Assembly: GCA_951406725.2 (NCBI GenBank)
Contig: OX597816.1
Location: 4,154,001-4,218,000, forward strand
Direction: 5' to 3'
Length of the DNA: 64,000 nt
Source: Octopus vulgaris
Lineage: Eukaryota
How positions within the stretch are numbered: position 1 is the first letter of the stretch; each line of letters begins with the position of its first letter. Both the position numbers and the translations under genes were made by a program. Below are positions 36,099-49,639 of the stretch, one piece after another. The notes below the pieces were generated by a model. It was not told the origin of the DNA and made no database searches. It was given only the letters and a program-made list of their open reading frames with translations.

Positions 36099-36419
36099 GT
36101 CTCTTTGTCTGTTTATCCGTCTGTGTGTGTGTATGTGAGAGTAGACATACATATAATGTAGCTGAAATATTCGTTTCAAATTCCAGCAGAGGGCCTGCAA
36201 GTTCTAAGAGTGAGATGTAAGTCGATTACATTGGTCTCAGTGATCGACTACTACTTATTTTATCGACCCCGAAATGATGAAAAGCAAAGTCGACTTCGGT
36301 GGAATTTGAACTAAGAACGTAAGGACGGACAAAATGCCACTTAGCATTTTGCCCGGCGTGCTAACAACGATTCTGTCTTAAGTAGCTGAAATATTGCTAA
36401 AGGTTTCTCAGCACTGATT

Positions 36420-36760
36420 AATCCCGTCTCAAGTCACTCATAACCGCTCTTACCCAGTCCACCACAACGCGACATATTATAAATAACATTAAAATTTCCT
36501 GAAATACCGCTGCCCTCTTTTGAGCTTCCAGCCTCCATAATGGTTCATCTGAGATCCTGGATAGCAAGAGGTCAAGCTGTTCCTTGAAAACATCTACACC
36601 CACTCCATGGACATCCCTGAGATGTTTTGGGAGTTAAATAGCTGTGGGCCCTTGAATCCCAAGCTATTGCAGTACATGGTCCTCAACTTAGATGAGACAG
36701 CAGGGACTTTTGGAACAGTTAAATGTATCTTACATTTGGGGAAGAATAGAACAGTTGGTC
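36420..36760 (-). mobile_element. CR1-type LINE 3' fragment
   Basis: PKVPAVSSKLRTMYCNSLGFKGPQLFN...GVDVFKEQLDLLLSRISDEP. Confidence 0.75.
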
Positions 36761-36805
36761 TAATGAAATGTGAACGAGACTACGCAACAATATACATATT
36801 ACATT

Positions 36806-37005
36806 AAGGCGGCGAGGAGGCAGAATCGTTAGCACACCGGGCAAAATAGCAGCATTTCGTTCATCTTTATGTTCAGTGTTCAAATTCCACCGAGGCCGAC
36901 TCTGTTTTCTTTCTTTCGTGGTCGATAAAATAAGTACGATTGTCGATAAAAATCGACTTGTGGCCCCCACTCCGAAATTACTGACCTTGTGCCAAACTCT
37001 GAAAC
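36806..37005 (+). mobile_element. SINE family A, diverged
   Basis: aaggcggcgaggaggcagaatcgttagcac... Confidence 0.75.
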
Positions 37006-37235
37006 CCATGTACATATTACTCACATCAGCCGTGCTTCTAATTCTTCCCAAATACAACTCTAAGTGCAATCGCGCTTATTATTCATTAGAAATACGAATT
37101 CAATAAAGTCTATAATATATTTAATGTATTTAAGTAATGTCTAAAATTCACACTACTAGACTTTAAAAAGTAATATTAACCCTAAGCTGCGATGGTGTCG
37201 TACAAGACGTTTTATATATACATACATTCGTACAT

Positions 37236-37282
<47 letters not shown>

Positions 37283-37557
37283 CAAACATACAGACTCATA
37301 CACACATATATATATATACATAGACACACTATTTTTTTCAAGAATAAATTGAGTTGCGACGACAGGCGCCAAGACTTTGTTGGTTCATAAATAATGCCAT
37401 TAATGTTAAACCTACTTTTAGCGTAATGTCTACGAAACGGTTTTACATATGTAATAAACTTTTACATCCACATATACAAGTTGTTCAATTAGTCAGTGTA
37501 TAGACACACACACACAATCACAAACACATGCTAACACACGCGCACTCGGGTATATGC

Positions 37558-37606
<49 letters not shown>

Positions 37607-37779
37607 GTATATATATATACGTATATATTTATGCACATGAATACATAGATATTGATATATAAATATGTATTTATGTATATGTATTTGTAACATTAATATA
37701 GTGTAGGAAAAATTATAGAATTTTTTTTCTTGCAGTGGCCTGGCATGTATACCAAGTCAATAGACATATATTTTTCCTA

Positions 37780-38190
37780 TAAAAGTAGTCGACGACCGCC
37801 CTGAACGAGGTTGGTCTTCAAGCGACAACTGTCCATTGCAAAAGAGTGAAAACCACTTGTGAATGTATGTTTTGCTCATGGAGGCATCCTTGTCAGTTGT
37901 TTCAAGCATGATGACTGTTTCAGCCGCCGTTTTCCCCAGCAGAAAACAGAATTTCACGGAGGCACACTCTTCCTTCGTTTCAACCATCGCAACAATCGAC
38001 GAACACCAGAGAAGCACTACCAAACAAAGACGCACACCATGGCAGTACGACCTTAGTCGATGCAGACGGTTGGCAGATTAATGCTTAGGGTTTGGGTTAG
38101 GGTTAGGGTTTGCATCAAATGGTTTCTAGCGACAGAAACCTGAATTACAACACGCTTGTCCCCCAGAGAATGTTTCTTGTTACTTCACTT
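37780..38190 (-). mobile_element. Mariner 5' fragment (HTH N-terminus)
   Basis: MVETKEECASVKFCFLLGKTAAETVIMLETTDKDASMSKTYIHKWFSLFCNGQLSLEDQPRSGRSST. Confidence 0.85.
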
Positions 38191-38261
38191 ACACATACAC
38201 ACACACTCGCACACACACATATAAGTATGTATATTCATATATTACATATATATGTATATAT

Positions 38262-38585
38262 AGTGAGGGCGCGTGGCTTAGTGGTTAGGGCATTCGGCTC
38301 ATGATCGTAAGGTTGTGAGTTCGATTCCCGGCGACGCGTTGTGTCCTTGAGCAAGACACTTTATTTCACGTTGCTCCAGTCCACTCAGCTGGCAAAAATG
38401 AGTTGTACTTGTATTTCAAAGGGTCAGCCTTGTCACTCTCTGTGTCACGCTGATTATCCCCGAGAACTACGTTAAGGGTACACGTGTCTGTGGAATGTTC
38501 AGTCATTTGCACGTTAATTTCACGAGCAAGCTGTTCCGTTGATCGTATCAGCTGGGACCCTCGTCGTCGTAACCGGGGGAGTCTT
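38262..38585 (+). mobile_element. SINE with family D-type head and tail X
   Basis: CORE-like gtgtccttgagcaagacactttatttcacg followed by the tgtatttcaaaggg...ccctcgtcgtcgtaacc tail. Confidence 0.85.
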
Positions 38586-38612
38586 TTAATATATGTATGT
38601 ATGAATTATGTA

Positions 38613-38655
<43 letters not shown>

Positions 38656-38689
38656 ATATATATATATATATATATAACATTTATCAACT

Positions 38690-38997
38690 CGTTTAGCAAG
38701 ATTCCTGATGTGAAATCGTGTGTTGAAACAGATATTGTTGTATTTCGAGATGGTCGTTCTATTTATTGTATTTATTTTTTGTGCCAAATAAACACACGCA
38801 CTATATTTTTTTCTTCACTAGTTTATTACTGTTATCTAATTATTTTAACTCATGTCCATTGTCCGGAAATCTTTCTTCACATATCTGTGACCTCTTTAGC
38901 GAGACTTTTCCTTCCCGTGTGTGTTCTTGCTCCACTAACTCCGTTCTGCTCTTCTAATATCTGTATCCTTATGTGCGCATGCGTTTGTGTCCTTATT

Positions 38998-39050
<53 letters not shown>

Positions 39051-39325
39051 CTGTGTGTGTCTGTGTGTGTCTGTGTGTGCGTGTGTGTACATGAGTGTGT
39101 GTATATTTATATGTTTTTCTTAGTTTTAGCAGCAGTGGCCTTCTCCTCTGCCTCAATCGAAAAATGTCGCTGGAGAGGTCACAGATATGTGAAGAAAGAT
39201 TTCCGGACAATGGACAGGCGTTAAAATAATTAGATAACAGTGATAAACGAGTGAAGAAAAAAAAATATAGTGCGTGTGTTTATTTGGCACGAAAAAAAAT
39301 GAACATCCCGAAATACAACAATATA
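38690..39325. repeat. Inverted-repeat element (~170-bp arms around a (GT)n spacer); related fragment at 14060-14195
   Basis: 38727-38905 is the reverse complement of 39165-39325. Confidence 0.8.
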
Positions 39326-39340
39326 TATACATCCTCTCTC

Positions 39341-39744
39341 TCTTTTACTTGTTTCAGTCAGTTGACTGCGGCCATTCTGGAGCACCGCCTTTAGTCGAGC
39401 AACTCGACCCCGGGACTTATTCTTTGTAAGCCCAGTACTTATTCTATCGGTCGGTTTTGCCGAACCGCTAGGTAACGGGGACATAAACACACCAGCATCG
39501 GTTGTCAAGCAATGCTAGGGGGACAAACACAAAAACACACACGCATACACACACATATATATATATATATATACATATATACGATGGGCTTCTTTCAGTT
39601 TCCGTCTACCAAATCCACTCACAAGGCACTGGTCGGCCCGAGGCTATAGTAGAAGACATTTGCCCAAGGTGCCATGCAGTGGGACTGAACTCGGTACCAT
39701 TTGGTTGGTAAACAAGCTACTTACCACACAGCCACTCCTGCGCC
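39341..39744 (-). mobile_element. SINE family B, full length
   Basis: Homology to other family B copies. Confidence 0.9.
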
Positions 39745-39786
39745 TCAGATGACATATATAAGCAATCATTCGGTCATTCTATTAAA

Positions 39787-40652
39787 TACGAAGTGCATTA
39801 TAGAAGTTTTGAGACCATTTTCTTATGCGAGACGTTTATAACTGCCCTAGATTGTAGTATATGATTACTGCACAATTAATGAGCTGACCTCCCAAGTTTT
39901 GTTAATCCAGATTGAAGGACACGGCTGTAGCCTTTGAACACATTCTACGAAAGACCATCTCAGATGACTAATTGGCAGAATGCAGTCGAGACGTCTGGAA
40001 GTACGCTATGCAATAAAGTCTTGTTAAACTGGGCAAGAACGCTACAAAAACTTACGATATTCTTCAGACAGTTTATCGATCAACATTTTCACTGATACAG
40101 GATGTTGAAGAAGGGAAGAGTGGAGGTGAGAGAGATGAGGAGAGGCGTGGGATGAAGTAGGATATCTGAACATAAAAGCTGTTTGTGAAAATTCGCAATT
40201 TGCTAGATAAAGAACGTCGAGTGTCTATGACAGCCAATAAGGATGCAGTTTGGAGTTCCTGTGGTAAGAGTACACAGAATTAATCTTGAAACTCTGAACA
40301 TACGCAAAATTGGTGCAAAGTGTTTTCCTGGGTTGCTCAGTGATGATCTCCATGGTAACCAAATGCTTGACAGAGATGAGCATCAAAGCCGTCCCTCGCC
40401 CCCTCCCTACACTTTACATTTTGCTCTCTGTGACTTTTGGAGGAAAATCTCAGATTTTGAAGATGATTGAAGTTATGACATGGGTTCTGACTCCCTTCAT
40501 TCTGGAAGATTTCTACAGGACTTTAATGAATTTGTTGGAGCATTCCAGCAAGTGCACGGAAGTTAGGGGATCCTGCTTGAAAGGAATTCGAGTTTTGTAC
40601 TTCCTTGAAAATCTCTTCTGAAGTAGTCTCAAATCTTCTGGAATGAACCTTA
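39787..40652 (+). mobile_element. Degenerate, internally deleted mariner
   Basis: MQSRRLEVRYAIK..VKLGKNATKTYDIL, LNIRKIGAKCFP, PPYTLHFALCDFW (YSPDLAPCDF-like), KCTEVRGS; imperfect TIRs. Confidence 0.8.
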
Positions 40653-41010
40653 AAAACTTGGATTCAGCATAAATACAGTCTCAAAATGAACTTTCTTTAC
40701 TGTTTATTTCTGGGAAACAAAACAAAGCACCAAAGAGACCATTTTGGTTATCACTTTTAAATCTAGGACGTTGACTTAAGTACTGAAGGCAAAATATTCG
40801 GTTGGAATAGCCTCAATAATGTAGAAGTTAAAATCTGTGGATGCAATAAGGGAGAGAAAAACAACCCACTAAGTAGCAAAATGCGTCGAAAATACTGAAA
40901 GCTGGAAGTTGTGCTTGAACTCAGTTATCTAACCTAGGAAAGTCTCTCTCTTTCTCCCTCGCATTCTCTCTCTCTCTCTCTCACACACACACATATAAAT
41001 ATACATATAT

Positions 41011-41045
<35 letters not shown>

Positions 41046-41075
41046 TGGGAGAGATTCTTAATGTCTAATGGATGC

Positions 41076-41386
<311 letters not shown>

Positions 41387-41963
41387 GCACGCTTTACACT
41401 AGACATCAAGATTCTACGACTAGAGGAATATTGAAAAGACATTAAGCAGATCCACTGTTGGCGAATCCATTTTTCTTGGTAGCATTAATGAGACAACTCA
41501 TCAAATAACAAGGATACATTCATTTCAAGACATAAATAATAAGATGGAAGGAACAATCGAGGCAGAGGGTCGTATTTAATTTCATTCACTAAGTGAAACT
41601 GATATCAACTGATAGAAACGATATCCCGCGGAATGAGATTCTTGATAATAAATGCGGCTGCATTAAATTTATAGCAACTTGTATCATATGAAAGAAAGCT
41701 GAAATGAATTGGATTGTAAATATGGCCGCAAAGGAATATATACATCAGGAAGAAAAAAAAATCATTAACCACTACAAACTTTCCTTCCGCTTTATTTGTA
41801 TTAACCTCTCTGACTTTCTTCCCATCACCATCGAACCAGCCACTTGTTATGTCTATATATTTCTATTCATATATATATACACTATATTGATTTTACCACA
41901 TATTCACAACGGCTTACACATATATAGATACACGGACAATATGACAAATATGGCATATACATA

Positions 41964-42134
41964 GGCGCAGGAGTGGCTGTGTGGTAAGTAGCTTGCTAAC
42001 CAACCACATGGTTCCGGGTTCAGTCCCACTGCGTGGCATCTTGGGCAAGTGTCTTCTGTTATAGCCTCGGGCCGACCAATGCCTTGTGAGTGGATTTGGT
42101 AGACGGAAACTGAAAGAAGCCCGTCGTATATATG

Positions 42135-42167
<33 letters not shown>

Positions 42168-42367
42168 TTGTGTGTCTGTGTTTGTCCCCCTAGCATTGCT
42201 TGACAACCGATGCTGGTGTGTTTACGTCCCCGTTACTTAGCAGTTCGGCAAAAGAGACCGATAGAATAAGTACTGGGCTTACAAAGAATAAGTCCCGGGG
42301 TCGATTTGCTCGACTAAAGGCGGTGCTCCAGCATGGCCGCGGTCAGGTGACTGAAACAAGTAAAAGA
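41964..42367 (+). mobile_element. SINE family B, full length
   Basis: Homology to other family B copies. Confidence 0.9.
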
Positions 42368-42522
42368 AAAGAAAAGAAAGAAAGATATCGAGAGAGAAAA
42401 GCATAGAAAGCCGAAGGGCAGCAGAGATAAGTGTTTCAGTTAGCTGAGATTAAGTTCGGTGTTCAAATCCCCCGTATGCATTTCGTCGAGTTTATTTCCC
42501 TTGATAAAATATATTCTATTCT

Positions 42523-42980
42523 AAGGCAGCGGGTTGAAAGAAACGTTAGCACGCCGGGCGAAACGCGTATCGGCATTTCGTCTGTCTTTACGTTCTGAGT
42601 TCACATTTCGCCGAGGTCGAGTTTGCCTTTCATCCTTTCGGGGTCGATAAATTAAGTACCTATTTCTTTATTACCCACAAGGGGCTAAACATAGAGGGGA
42701 CAAACAAGGACAGACATAGGTATTAAGTCGATTACATCGACCCCCAGTGCGGAACTGGTACTTAATTTATCGACCCCGAAAGGATGAAAGGCAAAGTCAA
42801 CCTCGGTGGAATTTGAACTCACAACGTAACGACAGACGAAATACCGCTAAGCATTTCATCCGGCGTGCTAACGTTTCTGCCAGCTCGCCGCCTTAATTAA
42901 GTACCAATTACGTACTGGGGTCGATCTAATCGACTGGCCTCCTCCTCCAAAATTTCAGACCTTGTGCCTAGAGCAGAAAA
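42523..42980. mobile_element. Family A SINE (+) interrupted by a full family A SINE (-, 42661-42894) with an 11-bp TSD
   Basis: aattaagtacc at 42650-42660 and 42895-42905. Confidence 0.9.
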
Positions 42981-43417
42981 CAATATATTCTATTGTGTCT
43001 CTATTGCCCCGAGCCTAAAGTAGGAAGTATTCCGTTCTTCAGATCTCAGTATATCGTCTTTGAGACAAAGAATGGTGTTTTTTAAGTGAGAAGTTTTATC
43101 TCATAAACACCAAACGCTTTGAAAACAGCACTAGGTATAAACTCTTGAAATATTGGTTTCTAATTTTGGCACGAGGCCAGCAATTTCAGAAGAGTGGGTA
43201 AACCGATTACATTGACCTCAGTACTCAATGAGTACTTATTTTATTGACCCCGAAAGGAGGAAAACCTCTTCTGAACCGATTAGAATATAAATAATTCATA
43301 ATTTTTTTTTCTAATTGTTCCACGCTACCAGCGAATTGGAGCTCAGAAGTCGCTACAACAATATTTTGGACCAAAAGGAGTGGCAATCCTAGGATCACAT
43401 AATGTGCGTAATCTTGG

Positions 43418-43953
43418 AATTCATTTAATTGAACAATACAATCAGTTCATTACATCAATTTAAAATGTAGAGCAATCTTCAGCTGCACAAAGACATAGAA
43501 ATTAATTAAATTAGAACAGGACACATTAGTATAATTTTACCTCAAATCTCCAAAAAGTTTAGCAGATAGACAAAGAACATGTCGTACCTACAACATCATA
43601 GTTGTAACTGAAATTTTTTCCAAGAAGACACTGCCTGTCACTGATTTTTCTATTTTGTTTTTTTTTTATGGGGTCAGTCAGTTTTAATTTACAGACTAGA
43701 TTATCAAATATTTTGTATATTTAAGGCTGAAAGAAAACAGAGGGTAAACAGATACTACCCTCTGTTTTCTCTATGATGTTGTTGGTACAATATGTTCTTT
43801 GTATATCTCCTTAACTTCTTGGAGATTTCAGATAAAATTATACTTATGTGTCCGTCTGTTCTAATTTAATTAATTTCTATGTCTTTGTGCAGCTGAAGAT
43901 TGCTCTCTATTTTAAATTGATGTAATGAAATGATTGCATTGTTCAATTAAATG
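43418..43953. mobile_element. Foldback element with ~180-bp inverted arms containing degenerate hammerhead-like motifs
   Basis: 43418-43601 is the reverse complement of 43771-43953; gcag-CTGAAGA-ttgc...gtaat-GAAA in the right arm. Confidence 0.7.
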
Positions 43954-44008
43954 AGATCGCATGAAACGATCGCACTGCATTACCTCTGGATATCCTTGTT
44001 GCTTATTT

Positions 44009-44069
<61 letters not shown>

Positions 44070-44807
44070 AATACATAAATACATATATATATATATATAA
44101 AATATAACACTATACTTCCATTACTCTTGACAGATGTTTCTCCGTATAATTATTAATGTATATAGTTTTATACACATGAGACTTCGCGTTGATATAGTTT
44201 AGAGTTAAAAAGCCAACGTATGTCGACTGTTACAATATTAAATTCAATACGACTTTCCACTACATTCATCGTTTCTTTAAACTCCCAAAACATTTTAGTG
44301 TCTGCAACCTATGACTGCCAAATGCAATTTTTTCAAAGGGGAATCGAAATCTTGCAATCTTCAGTCTACCAGAACTGTAACCTTTTAGATGCCTCTCTCA
44401 TTACTTTTGAACATTCTCTGGCTGGAGAAACGTGCCAAACATGACAATACTCTCAGATAATGATCTACGGATTGAACGTCATACATTAAAAGGAACGATG
44501 AGATCAAAATTAATTTTCAATGTCAACGGGGATGAAATAAATGCAAAATCGACGGTACTGGGTTAAACATTTGTTCCATTTCTATATTAAATAAACCTTG
44601 AACTTCAGTGCACATTAAAAATCGATCGTGATTTCAAAGCTAACGCTCTATTGATTTCAAGACTGTCATTTCCTATGAGTTAACGATGAAAACATTATTG
44701 GTAATAATACACTGAACAACCATTATCTGCAAAAACCATGACGAATTAAAAATTTTTGTTCAATGAAAAGAAACTCTCTCTCTCTCTCTCACACACACAC
44801 ATACATA

Positions 44808-44850
<43 letters not shown>

Positions 44851-45027
44851 ATGTAATGCATTCATATTCTCATAAACACGTATAAGTAAATCTGTATTTC
44901 ATGTAAATATGTGTGTATGTTTGTATGTATAACAAATTTTCTGTTTTAGTTTCAATAAAAACTTACATCCTCTGAATGCATTTAGCACTTCACACTTGTT
45001 CCTTCAATATAAAGCAACGTACTCATA

Positions 45028-45034
<7 letters not shown>

Positions 45035-45063
<29 letters not shown>

Positions 45064-45403
45064 TGTATGTATGTATGTATGTATGTATGTATGTGTGTGT
45101 ATGTATGTATGTATGTATGTATGTGTGTATGTATATATGTGTGTATGTATGTGTGTATGTATGTGTGTGTATGTATGTATGTATGTATGTATGTATGTGT
45201 GTATGTATGTATGTATGTATGTATGTATGTATGTATGTATGTGTATGTATATATGTATGTATGTATGTATGTGTGTATGTATGTATGTATGTATGTATGT
45301 GTGTATGTATGTATGTATGTATGTATGTATGTATGTATGTATGTATGTATGTATGTGTGTATGTATGTATGTATTTATGTATGTATGTATGTATGTGTGT
45401 ATG

Positions 45404-45437
<34 letters not shown>

Positions 45438-45795
45438 TGTATGTATGTATGTATGTATGTATGTATGTGTGTATTTATGTATGTATGTATATATGTGTGT
45501 ATTTATGTATGTATGTATGTGTGTATGTATGTATGCATGTATGTATTATGTATGCATGCATGCATGCATGCATGCATGTATGTATGTATGTATGTATGTA
45601 TGTATGTGTGTATGTATGTATGCATGTAGGTATGTATGTATGTATGTATGTATGTATGTATATATGTATGTGTGTATGTATGTGTGTATGTATGTATGTA
45701 TATATGTACGTATGTATGTATGTATGTGTGTATGTATGTATGTATGTATGTATGTATGCATGTATGTATATATGTATGTATGTATGTATGTATGC
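45035..45795. repeat. (TATG)n microsatellite
   Basis: Direct inspection. Confidence 0.95.
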
Positions 45796-45902
45796 ATTCA
45801 CAGCCAAGAAACACGCCAATGACAGCAAAAAGGGGAAAACGACTGTTGAGGCCCTATGCTCCACAAGGGGCAAAAAGGAATAAGAGGAAGTATGTAAGTA
45901 TG

Positions 45903-46133
45903 TATATTGATAATAAGGAGAATGAAGAATTTGAACATTCAGACTTTATGTTTATTTACTGTTGGTTTATTCATAATAATTGTCCGACACCTGTTTCGAT
46001 CGCACTAACAACATAGTGTTGCATAATTATGCGTTATTCGTACGATCTCTTCAGGGTTTCTAAATATGACATCGTTCAGAGAGCAGTAGTTGTAAAGCCT
46101 GACATTCATCGATGAGCTGTTACTTCAACAACC

Positions 46134-46177
<44 letters not shown>

Positions 46178-46855
46178 TTATCCAAACAATCAGTTGTGAA
46201 AAACAGCCCACTGATGAACCTCGTGGTTTACTACTACTGCTACCACGCCTAATTCAAATTAATCTCGGAGGAAAATTCCTCTTCAAACAATGTCATATTT
46301 ATACACCCTGAAGAGATATTGCTAATAATGCATAAATCGCTGCAATATAAATATGCAAAAATATGCATTTAATGCGATCGAAGCATGTGTCGGACAATTA
46401 TTGTGAATAAACCAATTGTAAACAAGAGCATTCAGAGAGCGCAAACCTCCACCAAGGCAACACCAACGTCCTCTCAAAGATTAGGCAGAGATGATTTTTA
46501 GAATGAGAATATCTGAAGTAAACTCGACTGCTCTCACAAACGAGAATAATAAAAATGAACCCGAAATTAAGTAAAAAGACAGGAAAAAATAATCCCGAAT
46601 CCTTATCCTGCACCGGATAATCTAAAATCTGCACCCAAAATCTAATCCGTTTGTGTTAGTCGTGAGGCCAAACAACCCTGAAAGTTTCATCCGAATCCAT
46701 CCAGCGGTTCTTGAGATATTTTGTCCACGGACAGACAAAGAGACAAACAAACAAACACGACTGAAAACAATACCTCTGCCTTCGCTAAGCCGGATGTAAT
46801 AAACATAAAGTTTGAATGTTGAAATTCTTCATTCTCCTTATTATCAATATTGTAC
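45903..46855. mobile_element. Inverted-arm element with hammerhead motifs; right arm split by an insertion
   Basis: Left arm 45903-46083 pairs with 46279-46420 plus 46800-46852; minus-strand CTGAAGA-gatcgtac...gtgcgatc-GAAA-caggtg-TC at 45983-46057. Confidence 0.75.
46421..46799. mobile_element. Helentron-associated non-autonomous element (HINE/DINE-1-like)
   Basis: Subterminal acctcc.ccaaggc motif, aagtttcatccgaatcc core, (ACAG/ACAA)n tract, terminal hairpin acctctgcctt..aagccggatgt; no TSD, AA/TT context. Confidence 0.7.
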
Positions 46856-47105
46856 TGTAATTAGCCAGGGGAAAACTAACATCGGATGGGAGCGAAAGGA
46901 AATTTACATAAAACGCACCATCTGAAGGAACCGACTTCCACTTTTTCCTATCACATGACTTTCTAAATGAACAATGCGGTGTGTTTATTTTAATGGCCTA
47001 AAAATGTATACAACGAGTCTCTTTGCTCTAGGTGTTGGGAAGACACACGACAAGAATTGAAAGCAAAATTGAAAGATGATAATAATAACAATAACAATAA
47101 TAATG

Positions 47106-47175
<70 letters not shown>

Positions 47176-47176
<1 letters not shown>

Positions 47177-49445
47177 CACGAAGGGGAAAACCATCTTAAT
47201 TCCCAAATCAAATGAAACAGCAAAACCAGAAAACTACAGACCAATAACCTGCCTCCCTACTATGTTCAAGGCATTTACTGCAGTGATATCGCAAAGGCTG
47301 AACAAGCACCTGGACGAAAACAAACTGTTCCCAGAAGAGCAGAAAGGATGCCACAAAGGCTCATATGGCTGTAAAGATCAACTAATGATTAATAAAGCCA
47401 TAACTGAAGACAGCCACAGAAAGAAGAAAGGCCTCAGTATGGCCTGGATTGACTACAAAAAGACGTTTGATAGCATCCCCCACACATGGATCCTCGAAAC
47501 ACTAGCCATTAACAAAGTAGCACCAACAATCATAAAATTCATAGAGCACTCTATGAATAAATGGCAAACAGTCCTACACCTCCAAACAAAAGAGGGACTC
47601 ATGAAAACCAAAGACATCCCCATTAGAAGAGGAATATTCCAGGGAGATACGCTCTCTCCACTCCTTTTCTGCTTGGCACTGTCACCTCTATCTGATATGC
47701 TAAATAGAACTGGATGCGGATATAAATGTTACGGCAAAACGATCAGCCACCTTTTATATATGGATGGCCTAAAACTATACGCTGCAAATGACAAACAGCT
47801 GGAAACACTATTAAAGACAGTTCATGGATTTACCAAAGAAATAGATATGAAATTTGGATTAGAAAAATGCGCCAAAGTAACCATGAAAAGAGGAAAACTA
47901 GTTAAGAGTAACAACATCACACTAGATAAAACCAATGAAATAAAAGAATTAGACCAAAGCCAAACTTACAAATACTTAGGAATCCAAGAACTAGATAAGA
48001 CACAACACACACAAATGAAAGAGAAAATAAAAAAAGAATATTATAGACGAGTTAGATCAATACTAAAAACAGAGCTCAATGCTAAAAACAAGATAATAGG
48101 TATCAACACTTTAGCTGTCCCAGTTATAAGTTACAGCTACAATATCCTTAACTGGACACGAAATGAACTGACCAAAATAGATAGGAAAACAAGAAAAATA
48201 ATGACAGGATCTAGGATGCATCACCCAAAATCTGACATAGAAAGACTATATATACAACGTATAGAAGGTGGTAGAGGCCTTATACAGCTGGAAAACTACT
48301 ATAAAATAACCACCATAGGGCTGCAAAAATATCTACTTCAGAAGGAAGGAAAACTGATCCAGATAGCGGCAAAACACGAGCAAAACAAAAAACTGTTCTC
48401 AGTATTTAAGGAAGCTGACAAATACAAACAAGAAATCATACCACCTAATAAACATGAAGAAGAAGAAGAAGAAGAAGAAGATGAAGAAACAACAAAAGCT
48501 ATAAAATAAATGAAATCCAAACTAAAAATAGAACAGCAACGAACCAAGATAAAACGATGGCGAGAAAAGCCCCTTCATGGTAAATACTGCACTAAACTAA
48601 ACGCAAAAGAAATAGACAAAGAAAAATCCCAGCAATGGTTGAGAAGCTTAGGACTCAAAGCAGAAACAGAGGGATTTTTAATTGCAGCACAAGACCAAAG
48701 CCTCCCCACCAGAAATTACCAAAAACATGTAATGAAAAGAAATATTACAAGTAACTGCAGAATATGTGGAGATGGACAAGAAACAATAAATCATATTATC
48801 TCTAGCTGCCCAGTCCTGGCTAAGAAGGAATATATTCACAGACATGACAGAGTTGGAACCTACATACATTGGAAGCTATGCCAACATTATGGAATAGCAA
48901 CAGAAAAAAGATGGTATAGGCACACACCAGAAAAGGTCACAGAAAACGAGAAAGCAACCATACTCTGGGATATGCCGATACACACAGATAGAGAAATTAA
49001 GGCCAACAAACCAGATATAGTTGTCAGAGATCATGAAGAAAAAAATGCTTTTTAATTGATGTATCAATACCGGCAGATGACAACGTGTCTCTAAAAGAAA
49101 TGGAGAAACTCTCAAAATACAAAGACCTGGAAATAGAGGTAACTAGAATGTGGAATCTGAAAACAGAAACAATTCCTATCATAGTAGGTGCATTAGGCAT
49201 GATAAAAAAATATTCAGACAAATACATAACAAAAACACCAGGACTTACAAACACATATAACATAGATAAAATTGCACTACTAGGCACTGCACACATCCTA
49301 CGCAGAACACTTTCCATACAATAACCATCAGAGCATCACAACAAATCATAGCACATACCCAAGGCACACAGAGCTGCGCTCGGTAGTGAAGTGAAAGCAC
49401 GCTATAAAAATAAAACTACTGAATAATAATCATAATAATAATAAC
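47176..49445 (+). mobile_element. R4/Dong-clade non-LTR retrotransposon, 5'-truncated (RT, CCHC, RLE), inactivated
   Basis: NYRPITCL, WIDYKKTFDS, GIFQGDTLSPLLF, LYMDGLK (YMDD to YMDG), CRICG...ETINHIISSC, RHD, KPDIVV...IDVSIP...KLSKY; stop at 48507-48509, frameshift near 49045; (TAA)n on both flanks. Confidence 0.95.
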
Positions 49446-49639
49446 AAGAAGAAGAAGAAGAAGAAGAAGAAGAAGAAGAAGAAGAAGAAGAAGAAGAAGA
49501 AGAAGAAGAAGAAGAAGAAGAAGAAGAAGAAGAAGAAGAAGAAGAAGAAGAAGAAGAAGAAGAAGAAGAAGAAGAAGAAGAAGAAGAAGAAGAAGAAGAA
49601 GAAGAAGAAGAAGAAGAAGAAGAAGAAGAAGAAGAAGAA
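49446..49639. repeat. (GAA)n microsatellite
   Basis: Direct inspection. Confidence 0.97.

Noticed and set aside
38084-38112. TTAGGG-like repeats
   Set aside because: Only about four imperfect units inside a mariner 5' region; no evidence of a telomere or fusion site.
38700-38750. cctgatgtgaaatcgtgtgttgaaacag as a hammerhead
   Set aside because: Core is CUGAUGU, stems are poor, and related copies at about 14170 and 25190 lack the core.
47076-48509. 477-aa ORF as an active reverse transcriptase or host gene
   Set aside because: Its start lies in (TAA)n, it is 5'-truncated, the catalytic YMDD is mutated, and a stop and a frameshift follow.
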